Source: Massalongia carnosa (taxonomy: Eukaryota). Taken from it: a stretch of DNA of 64,000 nt. Position 1 is the stretch's first letter. Every line of letters begins with the position of its first letter. The stretch covers positions 62,001 through 126,000 of the forward strand of contig OZ287078.1 in the NCBI GenBank assembly GCA_965645245.1, in the 5' to 3' direction. Shown piece after piece: positions 25,335 through 36,917 of this stretch. Under the pieces are notes generated by a model, which did not search any database, had not been told where the DNA came from, and saw nothing but the letters and a program-made list of their open reading frames with translations. Both the position numbers and the translations under genes were made by a program.

Positions 25335-28300
25335 TGTTTAAAATAGGAGGGATGGATGGAGAATGATGGACCCAATGCACAGAAAATAGGTGGCAGAGTG
25401 CCAGAAGTCTCTGGATAGTACAGAACTTCTATGAATGAAATAATTCAGATTATTGCGACTGATCTCTAAGCTATGCGTAGGAGTGATGTTATATACATGT
25501 TAATCATAGAACATTCGAGATTCTCCTCGAACGTCTATAGACCTGAATTTCTAAGCATCGAAGATACCAGAAATTCTCAGATGTAACTATTCCCATATCA
25601 GGAAAATACGCGAGGGCATTCGCATATTACGTCAGAATGATCTAGCTGGCTTGGCATTCGCAACACTCCCACTGCAAAGTCAGCTGAGAAATTTTAACAG
25701 AAAAAATACCTATATCCCTAACTCCTAAACCGTTTATCAATCTATGTCAATTCACCTCTTCCGTATGCAATTTGAATTTGGGTTGGACCTGTTTTGTGCA
25801 ATCTGATTTGGTCCATTAGCTCCCACTGAGCCTGTGTTCCCCTTTTCTTATTCCACCTCTTGCACACCAAGCTTGGCTCGTAGTTCTTTGAACATGGTTG
25901 CTCCCAAGGGCTTGGTGAATATATCAGCTATCATCTCGTGTGTGGATACGTGACCAGTTGAAGCATAGCCATCGTTAATGACTTCGCGAAGGTAATGGAG
26001 TTGGATGTCTATGTGTTTTGATCGGCTATGATGCTCGGGGTTTCTGATCAAGTCGAGGGTTCCCTGATTATCACCGTTCAGCTTGATCGGGAAGTTCATA
26101 TGCTTGCCAAATCCCAATTCATTCATCCACCTTGTCACCCATACGATATCCTTGCCTGCTTGGCACATGGATGAATATTCCGCCTCCATTGTTGACGTAA
26201 CCACTGATCGTTGCTTCTTGCTTGCCCAAATCACTGCCCCATTGCCCAATAACATTGTATGCCCGTAGGTTGACTTGCGGTCATTGACGTCATCGCCGTA
26301 TGCGGCATCCGCAAAGCTAATGAGATCACCGTTACGGTTATGGTCGTATACGAGGGCTAGGTCGGCTGTCCCTTTGAGATATTTGAGGACTCGGTCAAGG
26401 GCTGTTCGATGCCTCGTGGCTGGATCATGCGTGTACTGACTGAGTTTTCCAACTGCAAAAGCGAGGTCTGGCCTCGTGCTTACCATAGCGTACATGACAC
26501 TGCCAATACGCTTCTGATATTCTAATTGATTGGTTCTGGGCTCGTCAGCCGTTGCAGGTGTAAGGCTTTCTTTCCCGTCTAGTGGTGTTAGTACTGGATC
26601 GGCGTTATCCATCTGGTAATCGCGAAGGAAGTTCTTGATGTAGTTGGATTGATCGAGGAAAACCCGTTTTCCTTCACGTCGAATGCGAATACCCAACACG
26701 TACTGTGCTGGCCCTAGGTCTTTCATTTTGTACTCAAGATTTAATAGCTCTTTGACATCTTTGATCGCTGTCTTGCTCTTTGAGAAAATTAGTAAATCAT
26801 CTACGTACAACGCGATGATTACGTGCGAGGTTTGGTTGACAAAGACACAATTATCGCCTGTGAGGGTCTTATAGCCAATAGAACGCAGGAATTTAGATAT
26901 TCTTTTGTTCCACTCTCGTCCAGATTGCTTCAATCCGTAAAGGCCCTTCCGTAGTCGTAATACGCAGTCTTCATAGCCTGGTGGTGGCGTGAGGCCTTCG
27001 GGCATCTCCATGTAAATAATTTCTTGTAGATCCGCTTTAAGATAGGCATTCGGAACATCCATTTGCTCGATTTCAAACCCGAAGTATGCTGCGAGCGACA
27101 AAAGCATCCGCAAAGATTCCTGACGGAGTGTGGGTGAAAAGGTCTCCTCGTAATCTAGGCCGAATATTTGTGTATATCCTCGTGCAACTAGGCGGGCCTT
27201 GTAGCGGTCTATGAAATTGTTGACCGTATATTTTATCTTGAATACCCATTTGGACGTCACGATATTTCTGCCATGCGGCCGCTTACAATACTCCCATGTG
27301 CCATTAGCAATGAGGGTACAAAGCTCCTCGTCTATTGCTATTAGACATTTACGCCAGTCAATGCATTTGATGGCTTCTTTATAGGAGCGGGGTTCGGATA
27401 GCTTGGGGGTTTGATAAACTTGCTTGTGACCACTCTGGTCTAGGTTTGCGTCCATGTCTGCTTTCCGAGCTATATGCCCGTGTGCTTTATCGAAGCCGTA
27501 CTTATCAAATGGCTTTCGCTCCCGCGTTGATCGACGAGTAGGCTTATTAGTAGAGGTTTGTATGGTGGAAGAAGAAGAATTGATGGTTGATGAAGATACG
27601 GAAGTGGAAGGGTTCGTAGGAGTGGAAGAGTTTCGATTATGATTTTGCGACCGGAATGTTAAACCATCTGGTCGCTGATAAGCATTAGGGGATGAATCAG
27701 TGATAACTTGCTGATTTTCAGGATTTGATCCTGAATCCCGTCCTGAATTTTCGTCTCTAACCTGATTTTGAACACCCTCAGGCGCTCCCACTTGATCAGA
27801 ATCAGGTTTATTTGTGTCATCCTCGTTATCAGTACTATTGTCGTCAGCATCATTAGCGACGCCGGACTGTACGAATAACTCGCGATCCTCATTTGGTTTT
27901 GCTCCTCCTAGAATAATCCCGCCGGGTGTATTTTCTAGGAACTTAATTGAAGTATGCCATTCTACCTTGCTCGTTTTTGGATTATAAATGCGATGTTGGT
28001 TTGAAGAGTGATATCCGACGAAAATTCCTTGCCAGGATACTTTATCCAGCTTGGATCGATTTTCCTTCGGGATATGAACGTGAACCAAGCAGCCAAAGGT
28101 GCGTAGATGGCTGATGTCCGGTTTTTGCTCCGTCCATTTTTCTTCGGGTGACTGGTTAACTTTGGCGGTAGGGAGGAGGTTTCTGAGATAGTTAGCAGTC
28201 ATTGCTGCTTCTCCCCAGAAGGAATGAGGCAATTTCGCCCATACGAGCATGGACCTAATCATTTGAACGATTGTTCGGTTATATCGTTCCGCAACTCCAT

Positions 28301-30827
28301 TCTGTTCTGGAGTATACGGTGTAGTGGGTTCAGCGCGAATGCCATCGGGTTGAATAAGTTCCATGAATTTCTTGTACTCCTTAGCATTGTCGCATCGGAA
28401 TTTGATTACCTGCTGATTCTTTTCTCCTTCAACGACATTCATCCATTCTTTGATAGCTCCATAAATGGTTCGTCGGTTTTTAAGGAGAATTAGCCAGGAC
28501 TTCCGTGTAAAGTCATCAATCAATGAAATAAAGTACGAATGGCCTCCGAGGCTAGCCGTATGATAGGGGCCCCAGATATCCGTGTGAATCCTGGCCAATG
28601 GCCGGACTGTTTTCGAAAACGGCTCGTGACTGACCACTCGGGTTAACTTGGTAAAGTTGCAGATAGAACATGAAAGTTGTGTAACAGTTGGTGAAAAGGA
28701 AGTTATTCCAGACGCATAGCGGTATAAATCCTGGAGTCGTTTTGGGCTGGGGTGACCCATTCGGGCGTGCCACAGCCTGTATTCACGCTCTTCTGGCCTT
28801 TCTTGACCTACAGGTGATACCGATTTTTCTCGCGTGCAATCTCTTGCTCTTATTGTAGGCTTGTTCGACGATTTAGGATCTTCGGGGTTGGCTTCCTCGA
28901 TATTTTCGCTGATTTCCGCGAATGCCTGTAAGGCAACCTGAGAGGTCCGCATGAAATACGTACGTCCTCTAAGAAAACCACTGGCCACTGAGGTACCCTT
29001 CCGCAGGATCTCCACACCTTTTCCATGAAACAAGACATTTAACCCCTTTTTGTTTAATGCCGAAATAGACAGTAGGTTTGCATCCAGTTGGGGTACGTAT
29101 AAAACGTCGGTCATGCGAATGGCAACACCATCGATATCCACAGAAATATCACCCTTACCCTTGCTCCAAAGCCTCTTGCCATTAGCAATTCGAATTGGGG
29201 TGCGGTGGTATTCGAATTTCGTGAAGATATTTCGCATATAGGTCATATGACGTGAAGCACCAGAGTCTAGCATCCAGCCACTAGTTTTATCCTCTGCACC
29301 TTCACGGACTTCAAAAATTTCTTCTAATTTTTCAACTTTCTCATCAATAACCTCCTCTTTTATATCCACGGCCATCCACCCCTCATCCTCACTGGCACCA
29401 TCGTCAAAGTCCTCTTCATTAGCCGGCCGGGCAGTGCCTTTGCTTCGGCCACTGAAGTTGGAAGAACTGGTATTGCTCGTGGAGGTAGGCCTAGTGGTAC
29501 TCCGTGATTTCAATTTGGGTACAGGTTTTGATGTTTCGGATTTGGACTTCGGTTTCCTCCGTTGCTCAGGATGGGTGCGTTCCCATTCCTGGCCTTCGTC
29601 GGTGTCATCAAGCCAGCTCCAGCAATAGATTCGGATATGTCCAAGTTTCCCGCAATGGTCGCACTTCTTTGGTGGCCCTTTACCCTTTTTTGCATTCGCT
29701 CGATGGGCATCCTCGACAGAGTCATCCTTTTCGAATTTTAGTCGCTGCTCCGTCGCTTTCAAGGCCTCCTTAGTTGCTTCCAAGGTAAGCTCGGGTTCCC
29801 GTTCCAATAAAAGCTTTGTTGTATCAAATGCAGGGTCCTCCACGGCACTCATCAGGGCTATGGCCATCAACGCATCGTGAGGCTCAAACTCCGATTTTAT
29901 GTCCGCAATCTGGACTCGTAAGGTCTCAAGGGCCCCTGCTATATCATCGATAGAGTCGCTGGATCCAGCCTTGTAGGTATAGAATCGCTTCAATAAATAG
30001 TTGATTCTTCCTCTGGCGTGGACTCCATGGACCTTCTTTAGAGCGTCCCAGGCGGCTTTGGATGTTGTTTTGTTTCGAAGGTGAGTCAATTGGCTTTTCT
30101 TACAGTTGGCCCGTATCCATTTCAATGCGTTGGTATCATCGTGGTCCCATTCGTCAAAGTCTTTTGGTCGGGTTACTGTATCTGGTTGAGGGGTTTTTCC
30201 TTCTACTAACTTGAGGACTCTCATAGATTTAAGCTGAATCCACATCTCTTCCGCCCAGGTTAAATAATTATCGGCACCTAGCTTGGGCTCTACCCTTATA
30301 TCCCCTTTCCTTACCGCTTTTGTATACTGCCCATCGGGGCCAGAAGATGAAGAGGAAGGAGGGGAAGGGCTGGTCATACTTGCTGGTGTATTAGGGTCTG
30401 TGGAGTCGCGTTGGTCCGCCATCTCGTTATGTATAACCTCGAAACTAACACAAGAAAATCACTCGGCAGCACTATAGGCTAACCGGGCTCATAACCTGTT
30501 TAAAATAGGAGGGATGGATGGAGAATGATGGACCCAATGCACAGAAAATAGGTGGCAGAGTGCCAGAAGTCTCTGGATAGTACAGAACTTCTATGAATGA
30601 AATAATTCAGATTATTGCGACTGATCTCTAAGCTATGCGTAGGAGTGATGTTATATACATGTTAATCATAGAACATTCGAGATTCTCCTCGAACGTCTAT
30701 AGACCTGAATTTCTAAGCATCGAAGATACCAGAAATTCTCAGATGTAACTATTCCCATATCAGGAAAATACGCGAGGGCATTCGCATATTACGTCAGAAT
30801 GATCTAGCTGGCTTGGCATTCGCAACA
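25335..30827 (-). mobile_element. Ty1/Copia LTR retrotransposon 3, intact
   Basis: Identical 331-bp LTRs (25335-25665, 30497-30827) and TSD AAAGT. PBS GGTTATGAGCCCGG. Confidence 0.97.
25848..30422 (-). CDS. Copia gag-pol polyprotein
   Basis: 1524 aa with CDHCGKLGHIRIYC, LDSGA, WHARMGH, QNGVAER, LYVDD and ADIFTK. Confidence 0.96.
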   Translation of the reverse strand: MADQRDSTDPNTPASMTSPSPPSSSSSGPDGQYTKAVRKGDIRVEPKLGADNYLTWAEEMWIQLKSMRVLKLVEGKTPQPDTVTRPKDFDEWDHDDTNALKWIRANCKKSQLTHLRNKTTSKAAWDALKKVHGVHARGRINYLLKRFYTYKAGSSDSIDDIAGALETLRVQIADIKSEFEPHDALMAIALMSAVEDPAFDTTKLLLEREPELTLEATKEALKATEQRLKFEKDDSVEDAHRANAKKGKGPPKKCDHCGKLGHIRIYCWSWLDDTDEGQEWERTHPEQRRKPKSKSETSKPVPKLKSRSTTRPTSTSNTSSSNFSGRSKGTARPANEEDFDDGASEDEGWMAVDIKEEVIDEKVEKLEEIFEVREGAEDKTSGWMLDSGASRHMTYMRNIFTKFEYHRTPIRIANGKRLWSKGKGDISVDIDGVAIRMTDVLYVPQLDANLLSISALNKKGLNVLFHGKGVEILRKGTSVASGFLRGRTYFMRTSQVALQAFAEISENIEEANPEDPKSSNKPTIRARDCTREKSVSPVGQERPEEREYRLWHARMGHPSPKRLQDLYRYASGITSFSPTVTQLSCSICNFTKLTRVVSHEPFSKTVRPLARIHTDIWGPYHTASLGGHSYFISLIDDFTRKSWLILLKNRRTIYGAIKEWMNVVEGEKNQQVIKFRCDNAKEYKKFMELIQPDGIRAEPTTPYTPEQNGVAERYNRTIVQMIRSMLVWAKLPHSFWGEAAMTANYLRNLLPTAKVNQSPEEKWTEQKPDISHLRTFGCLVHVHIPKENRSKLDKVSWQGIFVGYHSSNQHRIYNPKTSKVEWHTSIKFLENTPGGIILGGAKPNEDRELFVQSGVANDADDNSTDNEDDTNKPDSDQVGAPEGVQNQVRDENSGRDSGSNPENQQVITDSSPNAYQRPDGLTFRSQNHNRNSSTPTNPSTSVSSSTINSSSSTIQTSTNKPTRRSTRERKPFDKYGFDKAHGHIARKADMDANLDQSGHKQVYQTPKLSEPRSYKEAIKCIDWRKCLIAIDEELCTLIANGTWEYCKRPHGRNIVTSKWVFKIKYTVNNFIDRYKARLVARGYTQIFGLDYEETFSPTLRQESLRMLLSLAAYFGFEIEQMDVPNAYLKADLQEIIYMEMPEGLTPPPGYEDCVLRLRKGLYGLKQSGREWNKRISKFLRSIGYKTLTGDNCVFVNQTSHVIIALYVDDLLIFSKSKTAIKDVKELLNLEYKMKDLGPAQYVLGIRIRREGKRVFLDQSNYIKNFLRDYQMDNADPVLTPLDGKESLTPATADEPRTNQLEYQKRIGSVMYAMVSTRPDLAFAVGKLSQYTHDPATRHRTALDRVLKYLKGTADLALVYDHNRNGDLISFADAAYGDDVNDRKSTYGHTMLLGNGAVIWASKKQRSVVTSTMEAEYSSMCQAGKDIVWVTRWMNELGFGKHMNFPIKLNGDNQGTLDLIRNPEHHSRSKHIDIQLHYLREVINDGYASTGHVSTHEMIADIFTKPLGATMFKELRAKLGVQEVE

Positions 30828-33133
30828 AAAGTCTTCTTAAACTCCACCAATTCGCTGGCCTGCTGTCCACATATGCCTCCCCAAACCATGACTGACTGTC
30901 GACCCGAGTGCTTAAAGCTATTCAGACAATCAGGACAGTACTTTTCCCCTGACCTTCGGGTAACGAACTGACGAGCTCTCTGTCCCGTTTCAAACGTGCT
31001 CTCATCGGTAAAAATAATACGCAACCAGTCTTCTTCTTGCCAAGACAGATGCTCTCGTGCCCATTTGAGACGTTTGCGACGATTGATCCAGGAAACCAGG
31101 GGCTTGGGACAGGCCACACAGCGACGAAAGCCTGCTTTTCGAAGCGCCTTTCGAATAGTCGACATTGAAGCTTGAATTCCAAGATCTTTGGCTATCTTCA
31201 TGTAGGATGCTTGTCTACCATCTTTAGAACTCGCCACTGCACGCACAAGATGTCGCACGTCTCTAGGGTTGAGTTTGACAGGTCGTCCCGAGCGAGGATG
31301 TGCATCGTGCCGAGGCTCTCCAGATTTGCTCCATCTTCGCACAGTTGGTGTGGGTACACCAGTTGCTCTAAATATTTGAGCAGCTGGCATATGACTGTCA
31401 TGATATAGATCTAGTACTCGCTGACGTGTGGGAGTTTCCCATTCGGAATTGGGCTGATGGGAGGGGTGATTCATGATGATGATGTGGAGAAGAGGAGGGG
31501 AAAAATGCAAAATAAGCGAAAATCCGTCAATACTTTTCGCGCTAACCTCGTACTACGAACAAGATAAGGATAACGTGCTAGAATCTCTACAGCCGTGTGA
31601 TGTGTTCGCGTTTGGTGTTCTTGCTGCTGCTCTGTATGTTGGACGTTCATCTTCTCCCCTTGATGATTTCGGCAATCTAGATCGGGATGAGATCCGTCGA
31701 AGATGTCAGTGTCAATGCTTTTTACTCCAGGCAGAATCGGCAGTGCGCCAAATATGTGCCGCTATAATCACAGAATACCTCAGGCCTTGTAATAGAAATG
31801 ATCTTGATCATGATCATCGTGACTTAAATATGATTACAGACGAGCGTAATCGATATTTCGCTGTGTTGCGAATCTCGATGAACTACCATCAATCGTTTAG
31901 AGAAGCTCAGCCATGGCGCTATATGAACTCTATCCGCTTTCCTGTTATTGGTCCTAACGCGGAAGATCTCGATGGGAAACCTGATGTCGGAAGCTAGATT
32001 ACCCTTCCGTCTACAAGAGTCTTGGCGATCACCGAGGAAGTCTAGCATACTTGAACGGATTCTCGCTATTTCCCCACTCTATTAGCAGCGACATTGCCGA
32101 ATATGAAATATGTGCAGAAAAGAATCAATTCGTGGCAATAGCATCTCTGGAAATGGTTTCTACTTTTATTAGCAATCAAAGAGCGATCGACAAATAACAA
32201 TTGAGTCTATTCTAGCAATCATTGAGGATCATGCACACGTAGGATGGGATGACAGCGAAATCAGCACCTTCGCACATTCTGATGAGCCTCATATTTGTTA
32301 TGTGTATACTCTATTAAATGCTATCCATGAAGCAGAATCCTATCCGACGATCTTTGACCCACTCTCTCTACGCTACGCAAGAGTCCGACTTCGAAGTCGA
32401 TTTAGTATAGGCTGCTGGCAGAAGGCTAATGTCAGTGAGAATTTCTTATCGGAATATCTTCATTCATCATTTCCGTATGACATTGCTCCATTAGCTTGGC
32501 TCTGTCGCGGCGACGTCGGCATGCATGAATTATTGAGGCTCGGAGAGAACACCGAGCTTCTTTGGAGCTGTACCAATGACATTCGGTTGTCCGACAATTT
32601 TAAATCAGAGGCATTTCACTTATTCTTCGAAAGAGGGTGTAACATAGCACAAATCATAGGCCCGGACGAGAGATAAGTTATCAAAATTATCTGTACTCGA
32701 TTATCTTTTGATGGCATCAATTGATAGCTTATGCTATCTGCATTACGTTAAGTGGTTATTTTTGCTTAAAAATCTATGCTGCTTAAATATGTCGTCGATT
32801 CCAGGGAGTAGGGGGACTGGCCTTTTTAAATCCTTCCGTTTTTTCGGAATCTAACATTGATTTCAGAATATCTTTTCGGCGCTATCTCGAATCTCTCAAT
32901 GATGACAAAGAGGCTATCGGGATATGCGAGCATTTTAAGCGCATTAGTGGGTGCGAGAACATTGCCCCATGGACACAATTCTTCTTAACGGGTCAGCCTT
33001 CGGACCTCGTTGATGATCCGGAAGTCGAGACGCAGGCTTTTTCTACCACGGCTTTACACGATGCTGTACGTGTGTCAAACTATGAAGTTGTGGAATATCT
33101 TGTGCGTACAAATTTTGTGGTTGAGGCGCAAGA

Positions 33134-33531
33134 GTAATTCGGCTAGGGCGAAAGGTAATGCCGGGACCGAGTGGAGGCAGGCCGTGGATAGCCAACGAAG
33201 GCCGAAGGCCGAAGGAGGATGATGTCCAAATAGTTGGACAAGGAGGGGAGAGAAAGGGCATAAATAGGTGGCCTTTTGGCACTCTTCTCCTCATCATCAC
33301 CATTGATTCTGAGTTCAGCACCAAAAGGTCTTTTGCCCACCCACCCACTCCCTGAGTCAGCCGCATAGGTAGATGGAGTTTTTCCCCTCACTGCTGCCAA
33401 AACAAAGCCATTATAGGAGGGGCCCTCAGCAAAACTGAGCGCCAGCAGGGCAGCAGCGAGGGGAGAGTTGCCCAAACATAGATAGAAATTATATATATGT
33501 TCAGCTGACACGATGGAGCCCGCGAATTACA
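33134..33531. mobile_element. solo-LTR-like insertion in an ankyrin repeat
   Basis: Ends are GTAATTCG...CGAATTACA. Removal restores GCG CAA GA|T ACA TCT GGT GAA ACT (AQDTSGETALDL). The left terminal base and TSD appear to be lost. Confidence 0.7.
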
Positions 33532-34773
33532 TACATCTGGTGAAACTGCTCTTGATTTGAATTTCAACCTGAGGAATCCGCGTAACCGGATTCAAAATAA
33601 CCGAATCTTGGCTCTCTTACGCCAGCGACGAACAAAACCTACTGCGAATTTAAATAGAGAAAGCCATATTCGACACGCGGAATTGCCAATTGGATGGGAG
33701 GTCTCTATAGTTGAAAATGGGAGCAAAACCTATCAGGAAACAAGTATAGGATCTAACATCGATGCTCTCACCTTTGAGCAACCCTGCGCTGGTTTCCTGG
33801 ACGATAAGAGACTTGTAATAGGGGCTCTTAACGGTGAGAAAAGGTATGGGCACAGGCTTGATGAATGGAAGGGTGCGATCGTTGAAGCAGGTATGAGAAT
33901 AATCTTTTACTAGGAAAGGGTTGCTTGAGCAGGTTAGATCAAGGATGGGTACGAATCTCGCTATTCCTAACGGTGAGCCTCTTACATATAACGAGTTTAC
34001 TCTCACTTGAAGCTGGAAACTGGAATTCGCGCTCATATAACGAGGTGCGAAATCTAACAAGTAAAAGTAGTCATGGTTCCTTACCGATCAAGCCGGTTGG
34101 GAAGGAACCTCTACCACTCAGTGTCCTGAACCATCGGGCTTAGAACCCCACCCTAAATGACGAGAACTTTTGGATTTCAAGAGAAATGTGAAAGAATCAG
34201 CACATGAGCATTCAATAGCCATCCAATCCCACACGGTAACTTGTTAATGTCCGTATATTGATAGCGTCTTGTCATCAAAGTCTATGCATGTGCTGGTGAA
34301 TAGGTCCTTGACTGTGGCATTAAACAGTTCATTCTTCTGCAAGAGGAATGATTAGTAGCACATGAGATGAAGACTGTCGAGGACGTAGTCGCGAACCGAA
34401 GTGGGAACAGTTGATCCTCTTCGAGCGAGCTTGATCATCATGCTTTCCATATATCTGAAAGTGTTGTAATTATAAAATATAACTTTGTAATAAAACGAAG
34501 CGAGCAATAGATAAAACACCTTTATCTTCAACAACTTACTATTGCGAGGTTTTCACATGTAAAAGCGGTGGTTTTCTTTCGTCTGGTGTGATGTCTATCT
34601 TAGATCTTTATCTACTTCTTCTACTCGTCTTTGTGGTCTTCCAGATTCCATCGGCTGTAACCAGGCTACTTTGTTCTTGACACAACTTGACATTTATAGC
34701 TTCACTCACACACCCTCCATCCATACTCTGTCTGAGGTACACTGTCTATTGCAGAGTAACATTTCACGGGATC

Positions 34774-35450
34774 ATGGAACCGAACAATCAACCTATGATA
34801 CTGTCCAATAAGATTGTCGAGTTCCTCACCCAAAAGGGGCTTTTATCTCCAATAATAGCCAACAAACGGAAGATTTCAGTGACCTCCATCTCTCCGCCGT
34901 CATCTCGCCAAACTTCGGCAGGCTCGTCGGTGTCTACAGGCCTGTCTCCGATACCCGTCTCGTTTCACAGCGTCCTCCATCACCAAGGAAATGGCAAATG
35001 TGGAGATCCCGGCTTTGCTGGAAAGCATCGAGACATATGTGTTTCTCGGATTTACTCAAGAAAAAGCAGACTCCATGTGGTGGCGTTATCGCAATCAACC
35101 AGAAGATATGGACGCTAATTTTATTGAGTTCGCTCACTAGGCGATCGAAAACGATGAGATACCTGATGTCGAGTCGAGCTCTGATGACTGGGATTTGTGC
35201 ATGAGGACTGTGGGCATCGGCAAAAAGCTGCGTGAGGCCATACTATTGGCTGAGTACGAGGATATCAGGTACACGGCTACCTGTAAGTTTTGGCTTCACG
35301 ATGCCATTGATACAGCATATGAAACATTGGTCCATCTGAATGACCGTCTGAAACAAGATGCGGCATGGGTAGACTACAAGCACAAACGTGGAGACAGAAG
35401 AAAGTCCCTACCACCAAGCCTAGCCAACCCAATAATGAGATACCTGAAGT
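34774..35450 (+). pseudogene. fragmented fungal hypothetical protein
   Basis: Protein-like pieces across frames: VEIPALLESIETYVFLGF...DDWDLCMRTVGIGKKLREAIL...DIRYTATCKFWLHDAI. Contains a stop and a frameshift; function unknown. Confidence 0.45.
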
Positions 35451-36917
35451 TGCTACTTGTCATCGCAACATCAAGCCTGCGCGCGTACGCACGCTCACAA
35501 CCATTACAACAGCCGGCCCCCTACGACAGGCGATTCCCTTGCACCGAGGGGGAGCGAGTCATGCGGTAAGCTTCCTTCCTGCGCGATAGATAGCCCCTTG
35601 AACTCTGATTGTCTATTTATTTGTTTGTTTGTGGTGGCTTGATTAATGATCAGCGACTCGAAATGTTGTACATGTGTACGGAATACAATGTGTACAGTAC
35701 TAGGCCAAAAGTCTGCGTCCCCGCAACATTTCAATCATTCTATTCAATCAACAATCAACCACGTCACGATTGCTGAAATATCTTGAAACTTTACATAATG
35801 ATTACATACATACTAAACAAGAATTCTCCCAAAAATTGATTTTTAATATTTAGTATACCATCCTTCCGACGCTATACACGCTTTTATCCTCCTATTCATG
35901 CTCTCTATTAACCTCCTCATCATTTTCACATCTATCAACGTCCAGGCTTCTTCTAACGCTTTCCAAAGTACCTCACGAACAGTTTCATCACTGCCGATCA
36001 CCAAATCTATTTTCGGGTTGACTTGATAGATGAGCTTTTTGAGCACATACCAAACGTGCTCGATGGGATTTAAATCTGGTGAATAGGGGGGCCAATCGAT
36101 GACCTCTATGCCGTTCTCATTGAACCATTCCATCACCTTTTTAGCCTTATGTATAGGTGCGTTATCCTGCATGAAAATGAGGCCCGGTTGCCAAATTCCA
36201 AGTAGATTATTGTTCAATAATTCCATATATGAGTTCGCCGAGTACCCCATCTTCTTCGCAGCAAGATCACGAGCCAATTTGTAAAGATCTGACCCGTCAT
36301 CTCCCCAAAAAGCTGCCCAGACCATGACACTGACTCCTTTGCCTTTGGGGACAGGTTGTATCATCTCTTTATTCCATTTTTCTTTCGGCAATCTGAACAC
36401 CACTGACGCTGTTTTCCTGACCCCTTTTCCACCGAGCACTCATCTGACCATATAACTCTTGACCACTGCTCAAAAGTCCACTCACGCCGCAGCAAGCACC
36501 AATCCAATCGTTTCTTGGCCACCTCAGGCGTCAATAGAGGTCGTTTTTTAGCCACCCAGTTGGTTAAACCATACAGTTTGAGTGCCCGATAAATAGTCGT
36601 ACGACTGCAGCCGAGCCCCACTTCTAGTTTGATTTGTGCATAAGTGATTCGTGGATTGATTCGTGCATGCTTGATGATATAACGTCGATCGCGTTCTGAC
36701 AGCACTTCAGGCCGTCCAGAACGTGATTTAGACACGCCGTCGTTGCGAATTGAGTGCTTCTGAATGGTGCTCTGCACGGTCGATTTAGTGAAATTAAGAG
36801 TCTTCCCAATCTCGGTCGGTGTGTGCCCCAACGCCTGGGCCCCAACAATCATACCACGTTGATATGGCGTCAATGCAGTGTTACGAGGCCGATTACCACT
36901 TATGGGGGTCAAAGAAG

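Larger units (their letters stand above)
24883..31474 (-). pseudogene. Tc1 DD34E transposase split by Copia 3
   Basis: 30833-31474: HTH, SGRP, FTDES, VMVWG. 24883-25334: MQDNA, SPDLNPIE. The halves join across TSD AAAGT; there is a late frameshift near 24980. Confidence 0.9.
11956..31550 (-). mobile_element. Tc1/mariner element 1 (~1.35 kb once inserts are removed), hosting the Gypsy and Copia 3
   Basis: 28-bp imperfect TIRs (CTAGGTTCGGGTGAAAAGTATTGACGGA / TCCGTCAATACTTTTCGCGCTAACCTCG). TA TSD at 11954-55 and 31551-52, inside a kinase Tyr codon. Confidence 0.92.
5280..33913 (+). pseudogene. Ser/Thr protein kinase + ankyrin repeats + WW-like domain, fragmented by TE insertions
   Basis: 5280-5943: GKGSQGYV, VIKRV, HENIVKL. 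11778-11955: HGDLKPAI, KLCDFG, GSPGWQPPEY. 31553-33133: YEQ...CDVFAFGV and ankyrin TALHDAVRVSNYEVVEYLV. 33532-33913: DTSGETALDL...ILALL and WW-like LPIGWEV...KTY...FEQP. The pieces join in frame at each insertion junction. Further stops occur after 31995. Confidence 0.85.

Noticed and set aside
31473..31552. Start of ORF 31473-31997 as an independent gene
   Set aside because: The first codons come from the Tc1 end; the rest is kinase subdomain IX onward.
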